A stretch of 64,000 nt of DNA. Source: Orbicella franksi. Taxonomy: Eukaryota. The stretch covers positions 29,016,001 through 29,080,000 of the forward strand of contig OZ116704.1 of the NCBI GenBank assembly GCA_964199315.1, given 5' to 3'. Position numbers and translations under genes: made by a program. The notes beneath the pieces are model-generated. The model did not search any database, had not been told where the DNA came from, and saw only the letters and a list, made by a program, of their open reading frames with translations. Positions 11,751-24,330 of the stretch are shown piece by piece. Numbering within the stretch: position 1 is the first letter of the stretch; each line of letters opens with the position of its first letter.

Positions 11751-14700
11751 CTAAAGATCGAACATGCTTCTTTGTTTTTCGCGTTCTAGCAGCTCTTGGA
11801 TGTCTTCATCTAGATGTCCTGTCAGTTCTTCCAATACAACATCCAGTGCCTAAAAGAAAAATGCAAAGGCTTGTTTAAACTGCCGTTGTGTCAACGTATT
11901 TACAGAAACCGCACGATTTGATGGGATCACATATCAACTGGAGAGAAAAGACTCTATGAAAGTTCGTACAGGACCAGACTAGCCCATGAAATCTGTGGCT
12001 GAAATCTTGTACTCACCACATCACAGAACACGTCTTGGTGAAACTCTCTCACAGCCGAGTTACTCTGCGTTGCTTCTTGCTCATCATTCACCGCTAAATA
12101 CTGCTGAGTCAGTAATCCACAAATCATGCCTGTGCGAAGACATGGAGTTGTAATATAGTCAGTTCGGTATCAATTTGAGGATATACACAGGCTAAAACAC
12201 ACGTTAGATGTAAGGAAACTTCTTAGTAGCTTATGATTATTTTATGTTAAAATAAAAGACAGTTCTTTTCGTGTCGAAACACGAGGTTCCCAACGACGAT
12301 CTTGTAACAGCAAGGACTCGTGACCTAACCGGAAGCACCATCCAAGCAAGGCATGCATCGAAAACAACTTTTATAAAGGACAGATGAATTTTACTCGTGT
12401 GTCTCACGATTGAGACAGTGATAGCGACACGTAAACAGTCGACCTCGTCGCCTGATGAAGACTAGCAGTATAGCAGTCGAAACGACGCGATCTATATCTC
12501 AAAGTGACTCTATCGTGAGACAAACGAGTAAAATTCATCTGTCCTATCTTACACCACGATGATTAATAGACACATCTTTAATGACAACTTTTATTAAGTC
12601 TAAGGCAATGCCAAAAAACAAATTCTCTGTAATTTTCTGATTACGGTCAGATCGTTCCATGATTAGATCGTTCCAAGTCAGATCGTGCCACAAAAAATTC
12701 AGATCGTTCCACTTATTGAAAGTCGAGAAAACATTCTTACTGGATGAAAGTGTAACCAAAACCGTCTTCTTCCCTAACTGAATTCAAACAGTTAGAGGAC
12801 CTGACGTGGTGCAAAATAGATTGTCTGTAATTTTTCTGAGGAACAGGCAAATTTATGAGGCAGTGGTTAGGTCTGTTTAACGGACAAAGAGTTGGCAAAC
12901 TGGGCATTTACGTTTGACCGTGGTGAGACCATGCTACAAAAGGCAGAACCGATCAGAACAAAGCAGTACTGAACCGGGAAACCAGCCTGCAGATGGTTAA
13001 CTTACCAGCGCCGAGCGCACCGCAGACATTCAACCGGTACCAAGTGCGGTAAAACACTCGACCAGTGGCCAGTGTCTAGTGTAGGAAACAAACGGGAGAA
13101 AAACAGGCAAAAGTGCCAAGCGCGGGAAAAACAATGCAACCCGTGGCAAGCGAGGGAAAACGCATGGTTCGTATTGGTTTTGCTCTTAATTTTTGCTCCT
13201 CAGAATAGCCAGTTTTCCCTAAGTTAACAGATTTTGCTGAACGAGTCTTCTTTCTTTACAACTAGACCTTAACAAACAGAAATCCAGAGCACAAACAACT
13301 GCTTCGAAAAATCAATCATCCCAATTAAAAACCACTTTTTTTGTTGACTTACCATCTAATGACTGGTCTGTGAAATCTCTAAAGTACAATGAGAGATTAT
13401 CTCCCGCCAACTGACCCAAAAGATGCTGCAGGCACAATGCATCAAGCATGTGATCCTCAGCATAAGTAGAAACCTAGCGAGAGAACAGGCACGTAAATGC
13501 AGTGAGCGGATTTGGGGAAAAAATTTCGGACACTACGATGAAACATAACTAAAGTAAATTTACGCCTACAAAACACGGATAACAGTGAAACAACAACTGT
13601 GAAAATGATAGGTTTACTGCACCCTTAAGGTGTTAGAGATTTACCGAGGAAAAAATAGCACAAATTTTATCTAGCCGTTACGTGTCTCAAGCAGCGTCTC
13701 AACTAAAATTTGCCTAATAAAGGAAACTAAGAGCTTTGGAGTTACTTCAAAATTTTATACTGTACTGTTAATATTTCGGACACTTAAAAATTTCCGGCGG
13801 TTTTATTTTCGGACACTATTTCGGAAATTAAAATCGTCTGCAATTTTTCGTGAGTGATGAACCATATCCTCGCGCGTCAAACTCGCGCCTTATTGCACTC
13901 GCGCGTCAAACACGCTCATGTGAACCCCTCATGTAAAAAAATAACAGAAAGACGATCAGTTTACGGCAAGTATTTGTCATGACTCTAGAGAGTTCCTCTG
14001 AAACGTACCTTTTTAACTTGCTTATCTCTGTCAACGTCCACTACATCACGCCAAGCTTCGATGATAACTGGCCTCAACTGAGGTTCCATGACCTCATCAA
14101 TGATGTCATCGATTACCACGTCAAATTGGAAACCATGCATGGCTTCAGTCACCTAAAAAAAAATAATAATATAACCTTTATTTACCCTCGGCAATGTTTA
14201 TAGCACAAGTGCTAGTGGGGCCGAGCAAACTACTGAAACAAATAATTCAAATTGAACATAACATTGTTAAGAATCCCAACTGGCCGGAGGCAAACCAGTT
14301 GGTTATTTACAAGCGTAGCCGAGGATTTGATCTTGGGGCTACCGAGAAACAAATTCAGGTAGTGGTCAGAGCGGGACTCGAAAGCGGGACCGCTGGATTG
14401 CGAGTCCGACACGCTGACCACTCGGCCACACTGCCTCCGACCTGTGGTAGGTATAGAGACTTATGGTATCAGCAAGCAGTCTACAGCACAGACGTCTGTC
14501 AGCAAGGGTTCGCTAACGTTACCAGTTTAATTTGGATTAGTTACAGTGGTACAAACGCAATTGCTTCATAAATTGACGAAGGATACACTCTTCTGACTCA
14601 CTTACAACACAAGAAATCCCAGCCTTGTGGAGTTGTCATGTAATCGGCGCAGATCACGTGGGTGACCAATTACAGGTATCCAATTTCATCTTTTTGAGGC

Positions 14701-17700
14701 CGGATACTTATACCATTCCCATGTTAATTAATTGAGTTTTAATGGCTTCCTTCTCAATGTTCCCTACAGGTTTTACAACTTATGGAAAACATTGCTGACT
14801 TTTTTGCTTCAAAGAAGAAGCTCAAAATTGTTGTTAATGCGGGTAATTAGTATTGGACAGAGAGGAGTAAAATACAGGAAATAATCATCCTCATAGTTTC
14901 AAATCAGCCTCACACTGCACTTGTTAGATTTTGAAATTACTTGCACAATTATTCCCTGAATTGTATTCCTATCAGTCTAATGATCAATAAGATTATGAGC
15001 TTGAGATTTCTATCGCCTGATAGAAATTGAGGACAAATAATCTAATTGTTTTAGTATAAATCTACTAGTCGTTCAAAACTTTATTGAAATCTACTTTGAA
15101 AACGCCAAGAAGCGGCCGTCATTTTGTTAACAAGGGCACACTGCTACACTACTCACTATCTAACACAGAATAGATGGTGGGTAGCGTAGCCAATCAGAGA
15201 ACGGCATTCGTGATAGAACACTAGTTGATTTATACTAATTACTCTTGGTATAAATCTACTAGCGTTCTATCTATTCTTTGTTAAATAGTGAGTAACATGG
15301 CAGTGTGTGCTTGTTAACAAAATGACGGCAGCTTCTTGACATTTTCTAAGTGTCTGTGAAGAGGATTTAGATAAAGTTTTGAAGGACTTGTAGACTTATA
15401 CTAATTAATTAGATTGTTCGCTCTTGATTTGCATGCGTGATAGTTGTAACACGATAGAAATCTTGAGGTCATAATCTAATTACTTATTAGTAATAATGGA
15501 TTACCTGCACTTGGAAAATAAATAAATGTATATAGTAAGACACTATCACTTATGATGGCAATTGCAAGTCACCTCTGAAGCATAAACACTACAAAGAAAT
15601 TCCCTAACCACTCTTGGAAGCATGGGCTGAATTGTCTCCAAAATTAAGTCCTCCAACCAGTCTCCAGATTTGATGACAGCCATGTGACCTACCACTACCT
15701 CATCTACTGCAGAACGCACAAGTTGAACTGTAGATTCCTTCACAACTTCATTTATGATATTGTCACACACTTTAACAAGAGGATCTCTTCTAGACAAAGA
15801 ACTGCATGAGAAAAAAACAGTTATAACAAAGTGTATTATCGTTTGTCTCACGATGTAGTCACTTGAGATGTAGATCGCTACAAAAAAAAAATCATTAATT
15901 TAAATTAGTATAAATCTTCTAGCATTCTATCTTGAATGCTATTCTCTGATTGCCTACACTACTCACTATCTATTCTGTTGTAGATAGTGACTGGTGTAGC
16001 AGTGTGCACTGCGGGTTGCCTCTTTGCATTTTCAAAGTGTTTTTAAGAGGATTTAGATTAATTTTTGGAATGACTACTAGATTTATACTGAAACAATATT
16101 ACTCACTATTTGCTCTTGATTTCTATGATTTCAGGCTGCACTCTTGTTAACTATCATGCAATAAAAATCGCGAGCTCATATTCTAATCATTAAATAACTG
16201 CCGATGCAATGTGAACTATTTCATATCAGACAGGTGTGTTGATTGCTTGACTAAAAAAGTCTCTCATTTTTCAAGGGTTAGTCAAGTGATTGAGCAGGTG
16301 AGTGTGTGTGCAAAAATCGCTTCACAAAAGGATGCACACCACACAGAGGTTAAAAAAATCTGCCCCAAAACGTTGCATCTCCTCCTTCTAGGTGAGTTTT
16401 GCATATAATATCACCTTGCACAAGGAAATGCAACACACAGGGGTAAAGATTCAATAATAAAGTTCTCGGGCTTAATGCATAACATTTCCTCATGGATGGT
16501 GATTTTTACATGCATTTGTTTGTTCACCCACTTGACTATCCCTAACAAAAATAAGAGACTTTTGTCATAGTCTAACTGATTCTTGTGAAAATAATATTAA
16601 AAAATTAAAATAACAATTATTATTTATTTTTTAATTATCCATTATTATTACCTCAGGCACTCACCTTCCCCCTTGAGAATAAAACACTCCCATAGCAATT
16701 TCATGTATAAAAGCAGTAACATCTTGATGAACGATTTCTCTGCAAACTCGCTCACTCACTTTGTATCTTGGATCTCCAATTGACTGTCATTTAAAAAAGA
16801 AAAAAAAATCATACTAACAAATAAATAAGTTATAATGAAATTGCAGAGAGAGAATAGACAGCAGTATTTCCAGATTTCCAATAGAAAACTCTTGATGCCT
16901 ACAAATACCTTGGAAAAAATATAGAACACATGCAAGGAGTGTTTTCAGATATATATATTTATAACTAACTATCTAACTAACTATATATATCTAAAGAGCC
17001 GATTTTTTAGTAAGGTGGATAAAACCAGGGAAAGAAATTAGGAAAGTATGTGTCATTATGCTCACCAAGAACTTTTGACCAGAGAAAACATCAATTAAGA
17101 TATCTGGAATAATTTCTTCTGTAAGAAAGCTGTCAATCAGTCCTTCTATAAATCTTCTAGAATATTTCTTGTTACACATGTAGTGCCAGAGTGCAAACTG
17201 AGGGCCCTGTTAAATTGAAAAAAGAATGTACATGATAAATTAATTATGTTTCCACACTCTGCCAAGATCAGAGCTATGTCATTTCTCTCACTATATGGCT
17301 GTAAATAATGCAGGCTGTAACTAATGTGAGCCATTTGAGGGAGAGAAATCGCATAGCATTTTATGGTTGGGGATTGGTAAACCCAAGATTTTGCAGAACA
17401 GCAACACCTCTATCTTTTCGATGAGCCAGAAACTTTCTTAGCCCTACAGATAGAATGAAAACTCTGAGACAGTGTCTGAAAAAATTCAAGATGTCAAGAG
17501 CCATGACATTAAACTTAAATTCTGTGGGACATGCATTATTGGAAGGACCATTTGCCACCCTTATTAAGTCTCTATAACATTATAAAGAAACAAATGGAAG
17601 GTTGATTCCTTTTCACAATTAAAATAAAGTACAAAAGACTGCTTCAACTTACATTATTCACAGCCATTTTTCAATCCACTAAAATTGCCAAAAGAAGTTA

Positions 17701-20201
17701 ACTGTTGATCATTCATATATAATAATATTATTATGGGTACCTTTCTAACTCGCCAGCCTCTGATATATTTTTGAAGTATTACAGCCGCTTGAGAGCGTGT
17801 TAATTGGTTTGGGGGTCTGATGAGAGGAAAATATAGCTATTAGGAAATGAAAGAAAGAATGAGTTCATTTGTCATTCCAGAAAATAAACAATAGACATAC
17901 CCTCTCCACTGGTAAGATTCGTCTGGTTAGGATCCCTACCTTACCTGTCAGGAAATCCCAGTTAAGCCTCATACTAAACTTACCAAATTCTGGCTTTTGA
18001 GACCCTACACCCCTTAAAATGTCCCGTGGCTTTTCATGGATATGGATATTTTCTCAAACTTCACAAAAAGTGCAAACATGATTACATCATGAAAACCCAG
18101 AAATTTGAAGTCTATAATTCAAAACAATAAAATTGATGAAATAACCAGTTATGACCTATGTACTAAAGTGGAACCTGCCTTATAGCCACCCATTAATACA
18201 GCCACCCCATTATTAATCTAGCCCAAACAAAAGTTCAGTCAGTCTTTTTTCTTATTAAAAAAAGAAACCCTTTAATAAGGCCACGTTGGCGACCAGATTA
18301 ACAGGGCTCCACTGTATTGAAAATGAAATTAATGGACTGCTTTTTTACCTTATCTAGCAAACAACATAACATTTAAAAATAAAAAAAACTTGCAGGAAAA
18401 GTTTTCCATTCCTTACCTTCTGCCATTACTAGGGCCATAGTTCATGCCACTGAAGCCGTGTTGAGGTGCAAGCCAAGGAGCATACCCAGGATGAACTGGG
18501 ACCATAGGGACTGGGTACATCAGAGGGGGGTAAGGTAGGGGTGCCATGGATGGGTTGGGATAGTAAGATTGCAGTGCTGAATATGTGTAATCTCCATATT
18601 GGTTTTGAAGTGCTTGCCTTTCTTGTTTTTTGTTCTTTTCCTGGGTATGTACATCCCTAGTGAAAATGCAAATACAAATTAGAGGAAGATTTTAACAGAC
18701 TGATATAACATAAAAGGTTGATCCGTTAATGGTACTTACAAAGGACAATCAAAAGCCATACAAATCAGACACAAATAATTATTGTATATTTGGACTTGTG
18801 AAATGAAAATGTAAATAACCATGTAATGTTATCAATCAGTCCCATTCAGCATCTAATTGCAGAATGATGATTCAGTATTCAAATACAAAATTTTACGTTT
18901 TTCTTTATTATGGTTTAAGCACACTCAAATGATATGCATTTTTTTGATATGCCTCTTTTAGTGCAGAGTGCACTACTGGGATGGTTTGGGGGCTGATGTC
19001 CACTAAAGGAATAAGTCTATAAGGCAGTAAGGCAATAATTCCATAAGCAATAAGGCAATAAGGTGTAGACTTTAATGTTAGCTTAATTAATTGATACCAA
19101 TTAATTAATTATCGGTAGTCTTGAGGCAAGGAAGTGGTTGGGGAGGGGTAGGAGCCTGTGTGCACTACGAAAAAAACGTGTATGTACCTACCTTGCCTGT
19201 ATCTTATTCATAACATCACAATGCTATATATTTGGTTTAGGAAACCTCTTGCTGTCCATTTTTTCTATACACATCTATGCCTAGCCTGGGTTTGACTCAA
19301 TCTCAAGCCAACCTGGTCTCCTAAATAAACCGGCCAGGGATGAATTGCATTGCATAGATCAAAACCTTAGCAGTACTTTTGCACTTATAGAGTTACATAG
19401 TAACAAATCAAGTTACCTTTGAAAATTATCATTTTGTTGTCTGACCGGCACTGGAGGGATAACATTTAGGACTCCACGCTTTAAATCTTGGTGATAATTT
19501 GAATCTACAGATGTTGGCCGGTTTTCAAGGCTTGGTAGATGCTGTGGGCTTGGAAGTTTCCTTGACAACGCGAATTTCTCTCCCTGATAGGATTCAGCAG
19601 ACCATGAACGATTTCTATGTTTCTTTTCTAGGGTAGCCCAGTCCCTACTCTTTTCTCTGTCCCTCAACCTAGTACAGAATTTAACATGTCAGTTAAATTT
19701 TGGAGAGCACTTAAGAAGCGTGAGTTGGCAAAGTCTCTAAGACATATAACCAAATTTTTCAAATACATAGAAAAAACATCAAAGTATGTAGTTTTTAACT
19801 GAGTTTGGCTGTACTTAGGTTCTTCCAGGAGTAATTTTAAAATTAGTTTTAAGTTTAGTTTATGGCGTGAACATGATCATAAGTTTTAACCATAACACTA
19901 CTGCATATATAGAGTGTTCTGCAATAAACACAATTCTCAAGCACACTTACCTCTCTAGCACATTCTTACGTGGATTAAACGCGGACATTCTTTACACGAT
20001 GGTGTTGTCTAGGAAACATTGTTCTTGCTGCAGTAAAACAAGTAAATCTCATTTCTTACCAATCATTTTCTTAATTTTTGTTAGGCAATGAAACGTCTAC
20101 GCTTAATTCTAGCTTTGTTTCGACAGACATTCAAGAAAAAAGCTCCGATCGAAGTACTCAGAAAAACTTTACACTTGTTCTCGTGAGCTGCGAGCGGCCA
20201 T
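11751..20201 (-). CDS. Uncharacterised protein, ~486 aa. Exons 20201-20173, 19668-19417, 18656-18417, (17935-17901), 17145-17066 (or 17156-17066), 16783-16665, 15801-15573, 14152-14009, 13473-13353, 12129-12017, 11849-11751
   Basis: Open reading frame across GT-AG junctions from MAARSSREQV|LRDREKSRDW to ALDVVLEELTGHLDEDIQELLEREKQRSMFDL*, phases consistent. The 35-nt exon and the acceptor of the following exon are ambiguous. No family recognised. Confidence 0.8.
12377..12545 (+). mobile_element. Penelope-like terminal fragment: ~42-bp inverted repeat enclosing a minimal hammerhead ribozyme motif
   Basis: Arm 12377-12418 (aggacagatgaattttactcgtgtgtctcacgat...) is the reverse complement of 12503-12545; CTGATGA-stem-GAAAC lies between the arms. 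Confidence 0.65.
12447..12491 (+). ncRNA. Minimal type I hammerhead ribozyme, probably inactive (GUC changed to GAC)
   Basis: Stem I gtcgc/gcgat; core CTGATGA 12452-12458; stem II gact-a-gc/gc-agtc; GAAA 12479-12482; loopless stem III ACGAC with A at the U16.1 position (12485). Confidence 0.6.
14162..14417 (-). mobile_element. tRNA-derived SINE
   Basis: Minus strand begins gaggcagtgtggccgagtggtcagcgtgtcggactcgcaatccagcggtcccgctttcgagtcccgc (A-box-like and degenerate B-box-like tRNA head) and ends AT-rich. Confidence 0.75.
14991..15476. repeat. Head-to-head inverted pair of a dispersed repeat (imperfect ~490-bp palindrome); third copy at ~15905-16190
   Basis: gattatgagcttgagatttctatcg (14991) is near-complementary to cgatagaaatcttgaggtcataatc (to 15476); the tagtataaatctactag motif recurs at ~15052, ~15247 and ~15906. 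Confidence 0.7.
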
Positions 20202-20382
20202 CTTGAAAGTTTTGCTTTGCCCCAGGTCCCCTGCTCCGGGACCTCTCTTTGTCACGCAACGCTACACTCTCCCGAAATGGACAAAGGGTGCTCTTTCTGA
20301 AGGGACCATTGTTTTTGATGGGAGGGGGAGGGGGAGGGAGGATTTCTTCTAAGCAAGCTTGCTATTGGTAGCTTGCTTTAAC

Positions 20383-23318
20383 TGACTTAATCCTCTTTGC
20401 CTCTTGTGAGGCATAGGGTTTCCACCATATCTCTCCACCGGACCCTGTTCTTCGCAATCTTTTCGGCCCCACCCTATGTCTTCCGGATGTTCTCCCTGTT
20501 TCCTTTTGCGTTAAGGATTCCCATCATGTCCACTCTAGTGGTGGTCTCTCTCTCTCTCTCCTTCCTCAAGGTAGGGCCGACCATTTCCATTTCCTTCGTA
20601 TTATGGTGATTTCTACCTCTTCTTGTCCAGTTTTTGCCCATAGTTCCTCGCTTTTGATGACATCTGGCCAAAAGATACCGAGTATCTGGTGAAATATTTT
20701 TTTCACAAACGTCTGCACTTTGGAAAGCAGAGCTTTGGTTAGGCGCCAGGTTTCCGACCCGTATAGAAATACCGATTTGACATTAGAGTTGAATGTCACC
20801 AACCTTGTCTTGAGGGAGAGAGCTCATGCTTTCCAGAGTACCGCTCTGAGACATATAAAAGCTTGCTGCGCTTTCCTGATCCGTGCAGTGACATCCTCTT
20901 CTGTTCCTCCTTTCACGCTCACTATGCTGCCAAGGTAAGTGAAGTTGTCTGGGATATCTTGGATATCTTCATTCCCAGCGTGGAGATGGTTGCGATCTCT
21001 AGCCTGGATTCTCATTTCTCTGGATCTTTCCAGTGTTGATCTTAAGACCTACTTCTTTCACATGCAGTCTGGAGTGCCACCATCTTCTCCTGCGCGTACT
21101 GAAGCTTGTGGCTTAGGGGGCAAAGGCTGTCGGCGAAGTCCAGGTCTTCTAACTTTCATCTTAGAGTCAACTGTATGCCGGTTCTTTGCGTTCCATCATG
21201 ATATGCTTGTCTGGTGACCCAGTCTAGAACTACCAAGACAAGTAGTATGGGCGAAAGTAGGCACTCTTGTCTCACTCCGGTTCTTACTTGAAATGGTTCC
21301 GACAGGAATCCACAGTGGATCACCAGACACACAAAGCCGCCGTATAGGCATCGAATAATATTAATGATCTTTCCTGGTACTCTGTAATGCTGCAGGATTT
21401 GCCACATTGCCTCTCGGTCCACCGAATCAAAGGCCAGATAGAGTCCAGTGTTCCATTCCAATGACTGTTCAATAATAATTCTATGAGTGGCTATTTGATC
21501 TGTGCATGAACGCTCACGGCGAAAACCAGCTTGTTCGTCTCTCAACAATGAGTATAGTGCCAGCTTCATTCGATCCAGCTTAATCCGGCTTAGAGCTTTA
21601 CCTGCAAAAAACAACTCAGTGTCATCCCTCTCCAATTCTAATAATGTGTGATATCGCCTTTCTTCGGCAACTTCACAAGGAGGCCCTTCTTCCAGTCTGG
21701 GATTTCTTCTTTATCTCTCCAGATCATTATCGATCCCAGTCGCCTTTCCAATCTTGAGGCTTTTACTGGCTGATCTAATTTCGACCCTGGTTATGGTGTC
21801 TATCTTTATCGACAGCTCTCTAGGCTGTAGGACAGCTTGGTTTAAGGGTTGGGGGGGGGGGGGGATTAGGCACCACTTTAAAGTGTCCCTTCCGCTTGCA
21901 AGTTATTCATCAGCTTTGGCAAGGATGCCCCCTTCCTTATTGGGCATTTGGTTAGGTCTTCGTACGCTGTAAATTCTTGTTGTTTGATACAGTCTGTTAA
22001 GATCTCCCTTACTTGCAACCCTATTTATGACCAAAACAGCTAAAAACCTATACCCGATAGGGTCGCACGTATACTTACTGTATATAGCCCATATTAGAGA
22101 GTGCCCACCCCGGGGTCCCTATCAAGTACTGCTTTTAGTTGCCTTCTTTCTTCAATCTTCTTTCAAGGATCGCCCGTGATCATGAGCTGTACCCTTCTTT
22201 TCCTCTCACTTTTCCTGACACATCTTTACCTGTTTTGATGTACAGATGTACATAGCCTTGATAGAATTCCAGTCCTCTTTCACGTCTCTTTCGTCTTCTC
22301 CTAGGCAAGGATCGCCTTCTAAAGTTCTTAAGAGAACTTCTCCATCGTCGGTTTATTGTGATGTGATCAATCTGGTTCTCAGTTCTTGCATCGGGCGATC
22401 TCCATGTAGCTTTGTGACATGGTTTGTGGGGGAGGATAGTGACCGCAATTACCAACTCATTGATGACGCAGGAATCAGCAACTGAGGCTTTCACCGTTCT
22501 CATTCATGTTGTCTATCTAGTCCATGCTGCCCTATACATATTTTAAAACACTTAAATACGTACGTGTATTTCATATTTTATTAATCATTAGATAAGTAAT
22601 CGTAGTTAGGTCTTCCCAATTAGTATACATTGTATGCTAGCGACTTCGACACGTTAATAAAGTTCTTATCTTATCTCATCTTATCTTAACTTACGACAGT
22701 CTCCATCAGTCAGCATAGTAATTGCCAATTTTAACCTTTAAAATCTCCTACGACAAGGGTCATTTCTCTTCTTAGTGTTCGATCGTCTTCTGTTTGAAGC
22801 TGGTGGTAGGAAGCCTCTTTTTCCTCGCCAGTTGCATCGTTAGTTGAAGCATAGTCTTGTATAATTCACATCCTTTGGCATTTGGAGGCGAATCTGGCTG
22901 TGATGATTCGTTCCGAGACCGGCTGCCTTGCTAGCGGGCTATCTGCAGCCATCCTTGAAAAGATAATACCCACTCCCTTCATATGAGGATCACCTTCGTT
23001 GGGGTTTCCAGAGTACAGGATGGTCTCTGCAAATGCTTCCGCAATAATCGACAGGTGTTCCACCTCATCTCGCTTACTCCAAGAATAGTAACTGTATCTC
23101 TTCATCTCCTTCACTATCTGGGCACATCTTCCTTGCTCGTACATACTACAAGCATTCCATGAACCAATTCTGAAGCTGGGGACCCATGTCCCCGAAGATT
23201 TGCTAAGGCTTCATTCAGCACGTGGTGGCTGGCCTTTGTACCTTCACCAGACCCCCGCTTGGCGCCTTAACGTTGCCCAGGACCCACGACGAGGGCGTGA
23301 GGTAGCACGTTGGATCTC
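20383..23318 (-). mobile_element. Decayed RTE-clade non-LTR retrotransposon (APE endonuclease + RT), full span with frameshifts, deletions and secondary insertions (~21790-22140, ~22505-22860)
   Basis: EN N-terminus (IGSWNACSMYEQGRCAQIVKEMKRY, ETILYSG, GVGII, PVSERIITARF); RT (QAGFRRERSCTDQI, AFDSVDRE, GVRQECLLSP); C-terminal (SVFLYGSETWRLTK, RRKWKW); 3' end ...ccctatgcctcacaagaggcaaagaggattaagtca. Confidence 0.88.
23239..23318 (-). ncRNA. HDV-like self-cleaving ribozyme fold at the RTE 5' end, probably inactive (catalytic C to U)
   Basis: P1 GAGAUCC/GGGUCCU (G-U first pair, one mismatch); P3 ACG/CGU; L3 CCCUCGU; GGGCAAC after P1; J4/2 GGUGAA in place of GGCGAA; P2 UACCU/AGGUA. Confidence 0.65.
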
Positions 23319-24330
23319 TGCTTGTTAAAATTTTCTCTTTTTCCGCTGCGTATGTTTTTATTTGGGAAATTGCCTACCTCCTCCTCCACCAAAAAGAATT
23401 AATGCTTTACGACGCGATAAAACATTTGGGCAAGAATGCGCATTAATTACTAGACTCGTGGCGTTGTCCTTTTATAACCCTTTTGATTCTAGTTCACTAA
23501 GAAATATTTGGCAGTACGTGTGACTGAAGTAGTGAGTTTTACTTCCTTACATTGTAAATCGTTAGCCCGGGATCCCTTATAAAGTGGACCAAAACTCTTA
23601 ATAAAATTTCTTGAGCGTTTAAAGGTATCCAAGTCAATTATAATTGATCACCTTTTGAACAAAGAAGGATAAAACCGTTCAGAAAATTGGTCGAATTTCA
23701 ACAAATTCTGCAAAAAATACAACAGACATGAAGCTAATTGACCACAAAAACTGCATCTGAGTGATTTTCCGAATGGGATTCGACAAATGGGTTGACCTGG
23801 GAAATTCCCTCCTCGTTTTCTCCCTACTCAGTGGCATTTCCACAAGTTGCTCGGCAACTTTTCGGCAACTTTTCATGTTTCGAGGGCCTTTTTCCCTTTC
23901 TAGCAACTACTGAACATTCCATTCCCCCAAACGATTGGTGCCAAATTTTTGTTCTAAAAATTTGAAAATGCCTCATAAAGCTGATAATTACCATAGTAAC
24001 ATATATGACGTCATAATGAGTTTCACATTGACAAGGAAGAAAGAACTGGAATTTTCTCCTCGAGGGCGCTCTTTAAAATTTGCATCCTATGAGGATGCTA
24101 CAACAGTAAAAGGCGAACTTTTTAAGTGTTGTTTATCCCACAACTACAGTAAAACAAAATATACAGACGCTTTGTAGCTGAAAACTTTAATTGAATTGAC
24201 TACCGATGACTGAATAGATAATTTGCTCTGTACATTAAGTTTATCATATCTATGCTAGCGTACCCCGCCAAAGATGATATTCAGTTTAAAATAAAACTTA
24301 AATAACCCATATTTTGTACATACCATACAT

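Noticed and set aside
17361-17570. ORF 17361-17558 as an exon of the unknown gene
   Set aside because: No compatible phase and donor; it ends in a stop.
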